Assembly: GCA_043813365.1 (NCBI GenBank)
Contig: JBDRLB010000073.1
Span: 1-15,141 of the forward strand
Origin: Candidatus Micrarchaeota archaeon
Lineage (GTDB): Archaea > Micrarchaeota > Micrarchaeia > Norongarragalinales > SBBD01
Reading direction: 5' to 3'
DNA length: 15,141 nt
Shown here: piece after piece, positions 15,141 through 15,141 of the stretch
How positions within the stretch are numbered: position 1 is the first letter of the stretch
How the letters are laid out: every line of letters begins with the position of its first letter
Notes under the pieces: model-generated
The model's database searches: none
The model's input: the letters and a program-made list of their open reading frames with translations, nothing else
What the model was told of the DNA's origin: nothing
Program-made: the position numbers and the translations under genes

Positions 15141-15141
15141 G
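13850..15141 (-). repeat. Tandem ~96-aa (288-nt) Cys-paired Ig-like repeats, at least 4.5 units, continuing beyond the window
   Basis: Recurring W(L/V/A)(Y/F)xNxT(F/Y)xE...C...NCYxNxTxxP(D)GxxNYxxxxND motif. AGGTTGAGGTAGCAGTTG recurs at 14512, 14800 and 15088. Confidence 0.9.

Overview
Archaeal window, most likely from a DPANN genome of the Micrarchaeota type. The lineage call rests on a three-unit, epsilon2-like tRNA splicing endonuclease, TATA-type promoters and a protein extremely rich in N-glycosylation sequons. The + strand carries a 5'-truncated divergent GNAT acetyltransferase, two adjacent and apparently paralogous small membrane proteins, a third 2-TM protein and endA. A structured, repeated intergenic segment follows. 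The - strand carries purD, a 534-aa all-coiled-coil protein, a possible 29-aa ORF and a giant protein (>2830 aa, start outside the window). The giant protein joins >2300 aa of tandem Ig-like/adhesin domains, one transmembrane helix and a compact cytoplasmic HerA/VirB4-like P-loop ATPase. This adhesin-ATPase fusion and its downstream coiled-coil partner are the best candidate for an undescribed system, possibly a host-contact or macromolecule-transfer apparatus. All family assignments come from reading motifs by eye; no searches were run.
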